Positions 25,590 through 38,590 of a stretch of DNA of 64,000 bases are shown in pieces. Made by a program: the position numbers and the translations under genes. The notes beneath the pieces are model-generated. The model was not told where the DNA came from and did no database searches. It saw nothing but the letters and a program-made list of their open reading frames with translations. Each line of letters starts with the position of its first letter. The stretch's first letter is position 1. The stretch lies in contig NC_058368.1 of assembly GCF_018350175.1 (NCBI RefSeq), forward strand, positions 203,982,001 through 204,046,000, written 5' to 3'. The stretch is from Felis catus (taxonomy: Eukaryota).

Positions 25590-27499
25590 ATAAAAGTAGC
25601 TAGTGATATAATTAAGAACTAAGGAGAGTGGAAGGATTAGAAACAAAAGGATTTTTAATTTCTTTCCTGATTTGGGAAGAAGTGACTAATAGTAAAGGGG
25701 CTAAGAATGGGAAAATAGCTATGGAGAAGAAGTCATGGAAAATGAAGAGCCACCCAAATGACTTGGGAGAGTATCCTCCTAAAAAGTTGAAATTGGGTTT
25801 TGGGGACCAAAAAATTTCTTGGCCCCCTTTAATGATCTGAGTGACCTATTCCAAGATGGATTCTCAGTTTCCACATGTACTCTGTGGGTGGAGTGCTTTC
25901 CTCTAGGGGGACTTTTCCCAGATGTGCAATGTGGGAATTCAGCCAATAATATGTGATTCCCCATCCTCTAATCCATTTTCACTCCTTGGTCTGAACATAA
26001 AAGTGACTAAGAAAGTTTATGAATTAGAAGCCCCAGATTGAAGTCCACAGAACATTGCAATCCCATAAAGAAATATAAAACCTGCAATTATGTAATTATA
26101 AGTTCAAAAAACCCAAAGGTATCAAATAATTGAAACTAGATCCCAGAATCTTTGAAAGATCACACCTGGAAATGTCATTCATATTGATGCAAACAGTGGC
26201 ACCATAATGAAGCAAATCAGGTACGATATGGAACACAACATTAAAATTCTGAAAGCACATTCACTTTTCAAATGTCATTGCAAACCTCCAGGCTTTTAGG
26301 CCCAACCCACTAGACTTTGAGAACTACTCCAATCTTAGCCACTCAAAAGGAGACTCTGGGAGAATGGACTCTTGCCTTTTCCTACTATAGTTTCTTTCGG
26401 GCAGTGATGCCAATTAGAAGAACAGGTGAGGCATGTATACTCAGTCAATGACTGGTTGCCTACGAAAACTGGAGAAGCAGAAGAAGCAACCGATCTCCAG
26501 GATCTCACAATTTCCCAATCACACAGGTTTGGGTTTATATATTTCTATAAGATCACCTCCTCTCTTCCTCTTTTATTCTTTTTTACTTGATCCAGATTCC
26601 TTCCTTGTACTTTGTTCAGGAAAGTCAGGCAGGGTCACCCACCTTGAACATAACTACGCCTGTTCTTCCAATTACTTCTTTGTATTATCATGTTTAATGC
26701 AGGAGTGGTTTAGAGTCCCATTTAGTTAGACGCATACACAGGACTGCCTTGGGGGGCAACATTTAATAACCTTAAAGCCAATTGTTTTTGTTCCATTTTG
26801 GGTCCCACATTTCTCTGGTCAAACTTTATAAGAGCTAGATAATATCTGCATTATATCTTGAGGTTTTAATTGGTATTAAGTTTCACTGTCTTGTACTTTT
26901 GTTTTAGTTTCTTGGCGAAGGTCTCTTTTCTTAAATTATACTCTTCTCCTGTACACTTGAATCTAACACATTATGAGACAGGCTTTTATATTCGATTTTT
27001 TCCCTTGTCACATGGGACTCTCCCATGTCTTTGTTCTACCAACATTGAGCCCTGGGTGCACCAGACACTGTCCATATTGGGCCAGTTTAAAGAAGTTTAA
27101 AATCAGAGACAAGCTTCCAGAAAAGATTCAAAAAGTCTTAAATAGGACACACTGACAAAGCATTGCTGAGTGAGACCCTGAATGAGATGCCTACTGTTTC
27201 ATATACTTGAATTAGGCCTTACGTAACCCATTGTTATCTTTGCTTCCAACCAAGGCAACATATAACAAGAAACCTTAAATATACTATTTTTTTCTTGCCT
27301 TTCTGGACCAAGAGATCATCATTCAAATTATGTTATACACACCAAAAAAAAAAAACCGTAATAGTCATAAAATTCACAACCAAGAAAAAAGAAATTTACA
27401 TTAGTGGGAAATGAACCACCTGAAGAAAGATATAAAGAAGACACCTTTTAAGATGCTTAATATAGCTTCTGGCCCATGTAAAATATCACATACAGAGAA

Positions 27500-27576
27500 A
27501 GTACATAGAAGGAAATAGAATAGAAATAGAAATAGAAATAATAGAAATAATAGAAATAGAATAGTACATAGAAGGA
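27500..27576. repeat. (AATAG/AAATAG)n tract between 14-bp direct repeats
   Basis: agtacatagaagga at 27500-27513 and 27563-27576. Confidence 0.9.
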
Positions 27577-28819
27577 GCTTCTAAGGCCCCAAGTTTTCAG
27601 CCAAGATCTTTAAGGTAAATAAGATGGCTGTGGAATTTTAGCTCTTGAATAGTTCGGCTAAATATCCTATGTGAGAAAGCAAAAGATTCCGGAACAGGAA
27701 GCCCCAGGCCTCTAGGCCATGTGTTTGCTCCCACCTAAGAGCAAGGTAGTATCAGTTCCCTGTGAAAACTTTTATTCTAAATTGTCAATCTTTTCTCATA
27801 GTTCTTTGAGAACATCATCACTACCCATGCTTTTCAAGCATATTTTTCCAAAAATCAGATGGTTCTGAACTTATTTTTGGTTAAACATACTGCCTTCTAA
27901 TAGAGATCCTTTCCAGTCAAGACCTTCACCTTACCCTTAGTCTATAGCTTCTCCTTATCCTTCTAGAACTTACTATTCATCATTGCAGAGCCTACAGTGA
28001 ACAAAATAAACATGAAGAAAGTGAAAAGTGGTTATTAGTACCTAAGATACTTCCTAGGATTGTCACCATCAGAACAACCCCTACCCTTCTTTCCATAACT
28101 TCATTCCACACAACTCTATCTCCATCATTCCCTATTCTTGAGCCAGTTTTCTCCACCAAACTTATGCTATAATACCCAGGCCCTTATTTGATCCCTCCAT
28201 CATTAATTATATACAAAACAGTGCAAAGATCTATTCTATGTTGACCCATAAGTTGAAAAAAATAAAAAAGTTTCTGCAGACCAAGCCAAACATTACTGCT
28301 GAGTAGAACATGATTTTTCTGTGGGGTAAAATGTATAACTGTCACTCAAAAACCATAGACCTGTCAAACTCTATACCTACATTACAGATCTTTCATCATT
28401 ATTCAACCAACACACAAGGCTTACCAAAGTCCTTCCAGATTCAACCCATCTTCCATGCTTCCTTGCTTGAGTTCTATCTTTTCAAGCATGGTCATATCCT
28501 ACCAAGAGAGGATCATGTAAGAAAAAGGAGTTCAGCTCCAGGATAATATAGGAGAATCTCTTCTCCTAGGCAAAATTAGGGGTCAATACCAGAAGATGAC
28601 TCTTGGTCCTATGTAACAAATCCATTCTTCTCCCAAAACCCCTGAACTTGATCAGGCTGCAAGTTTTCCATGGACAAATTACAGCAACCCAAACCCTTTA
28701 CTTCTCCTTTCCTTTGTATAGGAAAAAAAAAAGGAATTACTAAAACAGACAAGTGCCAACAAAAGATTTAGTTAAGCTCACTCCAAGAAAAAAAAAAACC
28801 TTTTTAAAACAATGAAAGA

Positions 28820-29001
28820 GGGGTGCCTGGGTGGCTCAGTTGATTAAGCATCTGACTCTTGATTTAGGCTCAGGTCATGATCTCATGGTTTGTGGGATCA
28901 AGCCCCGCTCTGCGCTGAGAGTGCGGAGCTTGCTTGGGAGTCTCTCGCTCCCTCTCTCTGCCCCTCCCCCATCAAAATAAATAAATAAATTTTTTAAAAA
29001 A
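28820..29001 (+). mobile_element. CanSINE
   Basis: Head/CT/A-tail structure. Confidence 0.93.
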
Positions 29002-29205
29002 GTTTCCGAAAATAACAAAAGAAAGATTATCCTTGTCCTGAGATTAATCTGATATTGAATAAATCCACCTAACTGTTCAGGGTTTGAGAAAATTTCCCTC
29101 ATCTCCTGGGTCCTCTTTCTTTATGCCTGGCTAATGCCCCAAGTTAAAATCAACATTCTTGCTAATGCTTGGCTGCTTCGCCTAAACCTCCTTAGTAAAT
29201 CTTAC

Positions 29206-29533
29206 CTGGGATTCCTGAATTGTAAATCTACTTGCTCCACTCCACGAGGCTGCTGTGGACACTGAGTTCTGCATCTTCTAACCATGGATTTGCCTATAAT
29301 CTCTATTCAGTTTGAACCTGTATATGTCCACCCCAACATCTTCTCAAACTCTACAATGCCCAGGTTGGCCTGATCTCTGAGGTCTTAACCTCCAATCTAT
29401 CCCAGAAGTTCCCATTAGTCACTGAACTTCTTCTGCCTTCTGGCCCCATCTCCTGACCTGACATTATTGACCACTTCCCACGAAGTCCAAATGCTAACTT
29501 TGAAAACATGGAAATCTTCAGCCAATCCTTCAG
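29206..29533 (-). other. Candidate non-coding exon (328 nt)
   Basis: Acceptor 'tctcatcatttcttccttaag|', donor 'CCCAG|gtaaga'. Confidence 0.25.
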
Positions 29534-29717
29534 CTTAAGGAAGAAATGATGAGAGGCCCAGAAAGAGCTTCCATCTATTCCCATATCAAGGAGAAAAAAA
29601 AAAAGGATCTCAGCTGATCATTTCAAATAAGAATTATAGTTAAAGTGATCTGAGGAAAGAACTGACTGAGAACTGTATTTTTGGCAAATGAATCTACTAG
29701 TTTGTAAAGTTGGAGTT

Positions 29718-29948
29718 TTTTTTTTTTAATTTTTTTAATGTTTATTTATTTTGAGACAGAGAGGGAGAGACAGACAGAGCATGAGCAGGGGAGGGGCAGA
29801 AAGAGAGAGGGAGACACAGAATCTGAAGCAGGCTCCAGGCTCTGAGCTGTCAGCACAGAGCCCGACGTGGGGCTGGAACTCACTAACTGCAAGATCATGA
29901 CCTGAGCTCAAGTTGGATGTTTCACCGACTGAACCACCCAGGTGCCCC
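29718..29948 (-). mobile_element. CanSINE
   Basis: Antisense structure; TSD aaagttggagtttttttt. Confidence 0.96.
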
Positions 29949-30863
29949 GAAAGTTGGAGTTTTTTTTTTTAATGGTTCAGGGAAGGTCCCCCAGCCTCAT
30001 TTGTATGCACTTACTAGAGTCAGGTTTTAATTGTCATTGCATTGATTTAGTGACACTTTCACAAGAAAAAAATGTTCATTCTTTTAGGGAATTGGCATTA
30101 CATAACCATCATATATTTCACCCTCATAGGTCAAGATGGTTTTTCAATCTTGCTACATTCCTCCACACTTTTCTTCATTCCAATCTTAACATCAAAAGTG
30201 AAATTCCTGAGTGTGTAAGACTTAGGTCTTTATATTAAGTTTTAGCAATACCCCATACAACATCTCTAAATCATTCAGGGTTCACCACTGGTCATCTACT
30301 GCATGAACAGTGAAACATGCAGCGTCTTTCAAATGGTACAATATTCCAGTAGAAGACATAATGCCTGGGGCCCTCATTCCATCTGCCTCTGGTTTGTGTC
30401 AAGCTGACACCCCGGAGGTCAGTTCACTCCTCCTTAATACATTGTTTAAATAGACAGTAAAAGCAATATTCATAGAGTGGTATAAATATCATACCTCCAA
30501 ATTACAACAAGTTTATTTAAGTACTTCCATCTTCTGCAGAACTCATGGAAATTTCAATGTTTCCACAACTTGAGATTCAAACAGGCCAAAAGAAATGCTC
30601 TCAGGTGGATGATACAGAAACAAAACACAGCGAGCAACAAGGTATTTTTTTAATCTCCTTTTCAAGCATCATTGCTGTGCACTTTTGAGGGGAGCACTAG
30701 CAAACATATGGATCATTCTAAGGGGTAAAGATCTGTTCTATAAAATGCTTTCATTCCTAAAACCCTTTCTCCATCCCCATTGAGGGACTCAGGGTAATAA
30801 AAAGAATAGATGTTGGTTTCAGCACAGCAGACTATATTCAACATTAAGAGAACAAAACTAAAA

Positions 30864-30960
30864 ATTAAACGTCTGTTATGTAGAATGAAACTACTGAGAT
30901 TAAACGTCTGTTATGTAGAATGAAACTACGTAACAAACTACTGTTATGTAGAATGAAACT
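30864..30960. repeat. Local tandem triplication (core ctgttatgtagaatgaaact)
   Basis: 31-bp copies start at 30864 and 30899; a third 20-bp core copy starts at 30941. Confidence 0.92.
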
Positions 30961-31227
30961 GATGAGATTGTTAATTTGCAACACTAACTCATAGGTAAGT
31001 CAGTAGAACACATGACCAGAAAGTCCTATATATCATTAATCGCCTGTCTTACTGATGAAAAGGATTCCTGTTTGGATTTTGCTGATATTTCAAGAGTATG
31101 AAGTTCACACTGACTCTAGAGAGTACTCTGAAAGGGGGAAAAACCTTCATTTTTAACCAAAATAATTGCTAAATAAATGTGTGCCTTAGCTTAGAAATTA
31201 GAAAATTATTTAAGACTCTTCTTTTAA

Positions 31228-31253
31228 ATATTTTTTAGTGTTTATTTATTTTT

Positions 31254-31287
<34 letters not shown>

Positions 31288-31450
31288 CAGAGAGGGAGTG
31301 CAAGTGGGGGAGGTGAAAAGAGAGAGGGAGAACACACCAGGCCCTGAGCTGTCAGAACAGAGCCTGATGTGGGGCTCGAACCCACGAGCCCTGAGATCAT
31401 GACCTGAGCTGAAGTCAGACGCTTAACCGACTAAACCACCCAGGTGCCCC
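31228..31450 (-). mobile_element. CanSINE
   Basis: Antisense; flanked by aagactcttctttta. Confidence 0.95.
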
Positions 31451-31465
31451 AAGACTCTTCTTTTA

Positions 31466-31699
31466 TTTTATTTTTTTAATGTTATTTATTTATTTATTTT
31501 TGAGACAGACAGACAGACAGACAGACACAGAGTGCAAGCAGGGGAGGGGCAGAGAGAGAGGGAGACACAGAATCTGAAGCAGGCTCCAGGCTCCGAGCTG
31601 TGAGCACAGAGCCTGACGCGAGGATCGAAGTCACTAAACGTTGAGATTTTGATCTGAGCCAAAGTCGGAAGCTTAGCCGACTGAGCCACACAGACACCC
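31466..31699 (-). mobile_element. CanSINE
   Basis: Antisense; flanked by aagac(t/c)cttctttta. Confidence 0.95.
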
Positions 31700-31730
31700 T
31701 GCCAAGACCCTTCTTTTAAATGTTCTTTTA

Positions 31731-31953
31731 GGAACTCCTGGGTGGCTCAGTCGGTTGAGTGTCCAACTTCAGCTCAGGCATTATCTCGTGGTTTGTGAGT
31801 TTGAGCTCCGCATCAGGCTCTGTGCTGACAGATCAGAGCCTGGAGCCTGCTTCAAATTCTGTGTCTCCTTCTCTCTCTGCTCCTCCCCTGCTTGTACTCT
31901 GGCTCTCTCTCTCTCAAAAATAAATAAATATTCCTAAAAATGTTTATAAAAAT
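31731..31953 (+). mobile_element. CanSINE
   Basis: TSD aaatgttctttta. Confidence 0.95.
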
Positions 31954-32509
31954 AAATGTTCTTTTAAACGTATCAAAAATAACCCCCTAAATCCAGAAAG
32001 AATAAAATATTTTCTTATACCAGGAGAGCTCCTAAAGCCAATGTCTATACTTCTGTTCCAAAAATTGTTATCATATTTATGATCATGCATAAGAAAAGAG
32101 TAGGTTTCACTTAGAGAGAAATAGAAGAAAAATAAAATTAAGTGGATATCTCTCGGTATTTCATTTAATCATTAATACTACATATATCCCCCCCCCCGAT
32201 GATGTGTTGTAAAATGAATATAAATAATATAAATAAAAAGTTTGGCTGAAGCAAGTCACATTAAAATAATTTTTCTTTTGAGAGGAATGCATGGCATATC
32301 TTAACAAATAGTTTCAGTAGATGAAGAGCTTCCTGACATGAAAGATGGCAATAGATAGTCAATAACATAAGGTAACACTGAGTCATAAACCAAAACTTTA
32401 GCTGAAAGCTTCAAAGACCCAAAGAATTACTAGTGAATAACATTTAAATCCATTGATATGAGAAGAATTTTAAGTATTTTTCAAATGCAGATGTCTTTAG
32501 AATAATGAA

Positions 32510-33237
32510 TTCAGGGAAGACCTGACTTTTATTGAGAACTTTTTAAAAGAAAACCCACCTCCTCATGTTGGTCCAATAGCAAAACTTACTGAAATTCAAT
32601 TGTTGTCAAGTGGGGCCCCCTTCCTCTGCTTTTTGTAATTGTGGGCAATCACTAGACACTAGACACAACGTTTTCCTGAAGTGTGAGCCAAGCCCCAGCT
32701 GCCTGCCCAGATTCTATCCTTTCCAATTTACTTTGACATCCTCAGTTCCTTTCATAGGAAATGAACATTAGCCTCTTGTGCGTCTTGCCTCCTCGGTGAT
32801 GTCCCATCTGAAAGACCATTGTCAGAAACCAGCCAGTTTTTACCTGACCCAGACACGTAATTGAAATGCAATTCTACAGGTGTCTGGCAGATGAACTAAG
32901 AGAGAAGCCTCTGCAATTTCCATTTTCCTTCTACAGCCCTAATCTCTGGTACATAAATCAGTTTTTCCCTTTCCTCTTCTTGAATTTAAGTGAATGTTAA
33001 AATAGTTAATAAAGTGAGACCACATTGTAATTTCTGCCATTTCCTGAAATCTGCCAAGTTGGTGTACTGTTTTCATCATTTTGCAACCCATTCCACATTG
33101 TGGCGAGGGCCACCTCCCAGTTTGACATGATGAACCGTGGCATCATTCATGGAAGGATGAGGAACTTGTCCGGCAGTCCATTGTCAGAGCGCTGCAATGC
33201 CTTATAAGTTCTGACCAAGGCCTCAGCCTGTAGTTGT
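32510..33237 (-). other. Candidate (terminal?) exon
   Basis: Long pyrimidine tract 'ttttttcttcttccccccttcctgaag|' followed by a GC/CpG-richer unique segment; minus-strand AATAAA at 32528-32533. The 3' limit is uncertain. Confidence 0.3.
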
Positions 33238-34746
33238 CTTCAGGAAGGGGGGAAGAAGAAAAAAGTTACATTTTTGCTCCTTAGACACAAGTTACCTCTG
33301 ATACAATTTCCTTCTGAACTTGCTGGCAATTCTAGACGCAAATGAACTATTTGTTCCTCCATGGGAATTTTCAAAGCCACAGGATAATGGTTTCAAAGAA
33401 AGGAAGGGGGTATGACGAAATAACAGCAATGCCATTACCCTTTCAAGGAGAAAAGCTACCAGCATGTTTCAACTGGGTGGTCCAATTATTACAAATGAAT
33501 ATTTGTTTTTTATTTGTTTGTTGGTAGTGTGACTTACTCCAGAAAGGATTTAAAGCAGCTTCAAAAGAAACTTATAATAGGGCCAGATAAAATAACTTTA
33601 AAACACATATGGAAAAAAAAATCAAAGAAAAACTAAAGGGATGGAAAATGAGAGGGAGAAAGGAAGTCAGTAAATAAAATTCATGTTGTGTCCTTTGTCT
33701 TGCTAGGGGCATATCACAGATTTTTACCATTATTATTAACTATAAATTAATAAATCCACAAGTAACAAAAGCACTGCTTATAGAATGGGGATATAAGATT
33801 GGAGAGCTCAGACAGTTGTTCTTGAAATGAAGGTTATAGAATTCTCTGTAGGGCGGCTGTCAGTGTCACTAACAGGTGGACTTATTTCACACTGGAACAA
33901 CATGCACATGCTATGGCCAAGACTCTCTGTTGCAATTTTAGTCCCCAAGGTTCTAAATACTCACACTAACCTGAGAGAATGGCTTTACTGGGGTCTTATA
34001 TTCATTTATTTATTAACGACCATGGCATGGAAATTTACCCCGCATTGAAGTATTCTGGATTTGTATCCTGAAAGCTGATATCCTAGTATATTGTGACAAT
34101 GACAGAAGAGCAGCACCACCAAATAACACTTATGATCTGGACTCAGCTCTCTGTTGGCTGAAGAGCACTTTCTTGCACATTTATGGAAGAAAATCACTGG
34201 ATTAAAATCAGTGAGGGGAAATCACTTCCTTTGCCAAAAGAACAGTCAATACTCCCCTATAGTTTGGATGATTTATTACCCTGCCCTGTGAGGTTGGCAC
34301 CTAGGAAACTGACTCACTATTCATGGAAGTATTTTATCCAAGAACCCAATGCATGACATGCTGTGACATGGCAGGGTGATTTTTCAAAATCATTAGTGCC
34401 TTCTTTCACTTTTTCCCCTGAGTGGCAAAGAGTTGAGAATTGCACTGACTCTTACCCCATTGCTGCTTTCTCTATTACTAAATTGGACATTTAGGAACCG
34501 GATCTGAAGGGAAGTTCAACTGATTTAAAACTCCTCTTGACAACTTTTATGCTACTTTATCCTTCAATGATTTCATGGACCTTTCTATAAGGGCCAAAAC
34601 ACTGGCAACATTTTAGGCTAAAGTTTTCATCTTAAGGCATAGCTGGTTTGTATTAGCCTTTTCCTTGGCACCGATGTCCTGAGGCATGATTGTGCTCCAG
34701 TGAACATCAACATGCTGGGTAGTGTCGTTAGAAACATAATGCTTCA

Positions 34747-34969
34747 GGGGCGCCTGGGTGGCTCAGTCGGTTAAGCATCCAGCTTCAGCTCAGGTCATGA
34801 TCTCATGGTTCTTGACTTCAAGCCCCACATCGGGCTCTGTGCTGAAGCTTGGAGCCTGGAGTCTGCTTCAGATTCTGTGTCTCCCTCTCTCTGCCCCTCC
34901 CCTACTCATGCTCTGTCTCTGTCTCTGTCTCTCTCAAAAATAAAATAAACATTAAATTTTTTTTTTAAA
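34747..34969 (+). mobile_element. CanSINE
   Basis: TSD agaaacataatgcttca. Confidence 0.97.
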
Positions 34970-35299
34970 AGAAACATAATGCTTCATTTCACAGTATGGA
35001 ATTGAGATTTCCAAAACTTCCTCAAGATTGGTTCCAGCCCAAACCAATATGTCACAGAAGATGGCCAAATTCTCCTTGCTATGAATAAAACACTCTTTTT
35101 ACTGGGAGGTTAAGCAGTGTTGAAGCACACTTACAGAACCTCTCCCCTCCATTTCTAGAGGCTTCCTTGGTGTATAGAGAACCAGAATAACAACCTACCT
35201 ATGTGCCTTTCACTGTTATTTAGATTCAGTCACCTATCCCTGGATCCACAGAAGTAGAAACAACCTACATCATCCTAACCATCATCATAACACCAATAA

Positions 35300-35500
35300 T
35301 AAGAGTAGCAGTCCCTATTTACAAAAGACCTGCTTATGTGCCTGGCACCATACTAGATGTTTAACTGTGTTATTTCACTTAGTCCTCAAAATAGGTTTAT
35401 GAAATTGGTTTTATAAACCCTTATTTTACAGAGGAGGAAACCAAAAGTGAGAGAAGAGAAGGAATTAGTTCAAGATCACCCAACTAGAAAGTGCTTAGGT
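35300..35500 (-). mobile_element. MIR SINE
   Basis: 'attttacagaggaggaaacc...caagatcacccaactagaaagtg'. Confidence 0.75.
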
Positions 35501-37467
35501 TTAAAAAGTGTGAGCCTTTGAGCATTTCTTTACCCCCTTGGAGAAACATACCATATGAATTATAAATTATTTGAAACGCCTGAAAAATTTTTGCTTAGAC
35601 TATTTATAGACCAACCATGAAATTATTAGGGAATATAATCCGTGAAGCATAGAAGGCCAAATGGATAGCACAAAATCTGCCTCCAGTCCAGACAAGCTGA
35701 ATAGCCTGGTACCATGTCGATGAGCCTGTTGCAAGTTGCTATTTGATAGGCTACACAATTAAATAATGGCCAACAAAGTCTCCATAAGCTTCAAGTCTTC
35801 CCAGGAAGGTGGGGTACCAGGGGCACTGTCCACAATCATTTTTACACCCATAATTTACCCAGATATTAAAACTAGTTCAACCTCCCTGAAAACATCCTAT
35901 TTGTTTCAAGGAATCCAGCAAAATTCTATCCAACTGAGGGCTTAGCAAAATGCCTACAACTAATCCATGGCCTGTGGGTTCACTGGGAGCTAGTTTGGGA
36001 GGTCAAAGCTTACACACAAGGGAAAACAAAACATGTGCAAATGTAGCTGAATCTTTCCTCCCAAAGCATGCTGGAAAACTCATGTAAATATACAAATATG
36101 CTGAGCTGTATTGTGAAAGGAGCCATTTGTTTTACTAAAACAAGTTGGTATGGTGCAAGATTTTTCTTGGCAAATAAACAGAACACAGTGGAAAAATTTG
36201 TAAACAATGGGGTTTTCTGGCAACTTTTTCAAAACTGAATGAATGGCCTTTCCAAAAGGTAAAAAAACCTCTTCCTTCTCCTCAATCTCCCATGAGATAC
36301 TACTCACATATAATCACTTTAAAAGTCAAAGCAGATGAAGAAATACAGCCCAATGATCAGCAGAGCTTGTTACAAGGACCATTTGGTCACTAGTGAACTA
36401 ACCTGCCAAAAGTTCAACTTGGGGAACTATGTAGGCCAAGCCATACTAGCCAGAATGAGAAGTCTCTCCATGATGTTCACACACTAGAGTTCAGGAGGTG
36501 AAGAAATCACTCCTCTTCCCAGAATTCCTCTAAAGTGTAGTCATCGTTACAGTGACGGGGGTTTAAATAAAGGAATTGTTTTAATTACCAAATGTCACCA
36601 CAGAGACCAAATGTTCTTGCTTAAACACAGGTTTCATTGGAAACGTGTTGGTTGATGGTCAAAATATAGAGGAGAAAAGTTCCCCGGAGATAAGGTGTAT
36701 GATGTTGGCTTCAGAAAACTCTGCTTAGTATGGTCACACCTCCCTCCTAAGCAGATTCCAGACCAAGTGGATGCAGTCTGTCTTTAGCAACCTGTACATC
36801 TTTTTTTTCTGCTTAGCCATTCAAGATGGCTGAACACACATACACGCCATTTTGAAGTCACTGACTCATTTCATTCCTTAACATTCTCAGAAGTACATCT
36901 ACATCATGTATGTGCTAAAGATCCAAAGGACTGTGAATTAGATCTCTTCTTAGATCAATTTATGTCTACAGTGTTTTTTAAATGAGGATTTTATACACTT
37001 TACCATGAATAAATTGTATAAAACTCCACATAAAAAGTGTACATTGGGTTTTGCAATCCAGTCCCAGTTCCTCTTCCCTAAGGAACTGGTGGTAACCCTT
37101 AATTATCACAACTAAGGGACTCATTCAGGTACAATTCTAGATCCTTCACTTTGTATCCCGCGGTAGGCTTATTTCATCTGGTTTGTGCTGGGATGTATCC
37201 TTACTTCAGGGTTTCTGCCTTCAAATCTCATAGATGTTCCTTAAGCACTTAAAGCCTATCTCTTCTCAACCAAGTAACCACTGTTAACAATCTGTTAACA
37301 ACCTGCATGTATATTTTTATACTCTTCTGCATGCTCATTTTAATATGTTTATATATACATAATTTGATATACATGCTAATATAGGTGTTGGGAATTCTCT
37401 TTGATTTTCAAGGATCAGGCGACACATATATATATGCTTTTTTGCTCACTTAAGAGTTTATCATGGA

Positions 37468-37849
37468 AATCCCTCCAAATATCAATTTAGTTCATTCCTT
37501 TTAATGGTTGCTTAATAGTTCATAGTAAGTGTTTGCCAGAATTTAATCAACCATTTTTCTGTTGATGGGGATACATTTTATTTCCTGGGTTTTTTTTTTC
37601 CACTTAAAACAGTACTACCCAATTAGAAGGAAAGTACAATGGAGATATATAAATCTTAATCCCTCCAAATATTAATTTAGCTCATTCCTTTTAAACATTG
37701 CTTAATAGTTCATAGTAAGTGTTTGTCAGAGTTTAATCAACCATTTCTCTGTTGATGGGGATTTATTTTATTATCTCTCTTTTCCCAGTTAAAATAGTAC
37801 CATCCAATTAGAAAGCAAGTACAGTGGATAGATATATAAAAGCTTAATC
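37468..37849. repeat. ~190-bp diverged tandem duplication within an antisense old-L1-like fragment
   Basis: Copies start at 37468 and 37658 ('aatccctccaaatat...aaccattt..tgttgatgggga...aagtaca'). Confidence 0.92.
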
Positions 37850-37899
37850 TGTATAGCTAAGAGTACACGAGTCCTACTCCAAATAGAACACCAATGAGG

Positions 37900-38590
37900 G
37901 ATTATACGCACATACTTTCTATTCCTTTGTCCCTCTCCTCATCCCTTATCATCACCTGTAACTGTGTAGTGGTAGCCAGCTGGCCTCTCTGTTTCCATTC
38001 TTGCCTTTCTACATTCCATTTTTTACATATCAGCCAAAGAATTGTGAAAATAGTAAGCCATTTTATTTCATTCTCTTGCTCAGAACCTTCCATCAACTTC
38101 CTTTCATGTAAAGAACGAAATCCATGGCCAAGCAAGTTTTACAGAATCTGGTCCTTGGCCATCTTTCCAATCTTATTACCTGACACTCTCCACACACTCA
38201 TCTCACAAACCAAATTCTCTTTCTTGTTGTTCCTCAACTGCACCAAGAAGCCTCCAACTACTGGTCTTTTCTCCTAGTGTTCTTTGTGCCTGAACCCATT
38301 TCCAGAAGTCCTTGATTCCCTCCTTTACTGTATTCAAGCATCTGCTTAAAGGTCCTCCCCTTTGAGAAACCTTCCCTAATTATCATACTTAAAATAGCCA
38401 CCTACCTTACTATATTTATCTTCAAATCCCTGGTCACTACCTGACACTATATTACATAATTATATATTTTCCTCCATTAGAATGTAAGCTCCATGCCTTG
38501 CCCTCCATAGTATCCCTAGGCCCTGGAAGGGTGGGTGGCACTTAGTAGGTGCTTAATAAATGTTTGTTGAATAAATGAGTGAACATTAAA
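37900..38590 (+). mobile_element. LINE-2 3' region
   Basis: 'ccattagaatgtaagctccatg...ggcacttagtaggtgcttaataaatgtttgttgaataaatga'. Confidence 0.8.

Noticed and set aside
30864..30960. CRISPR-like repeat-spacer appearance
   Set aside because: Mammalian DNA; only 2-3 copies with tiny non-unique spacers.
32758..32856. Plus-strand acceptor/donor pair (cctttcatag|...CAC|gtaatt)
   Set aside because: Weak donor, stops in all frames, and opposite to the inferred transcription direction.
34354..34373. p53-like paired decamers tgacatgctg/tgacatggca
   Set aside because: Five mismatches to RRRCWWGYYY x2; expected by chance.
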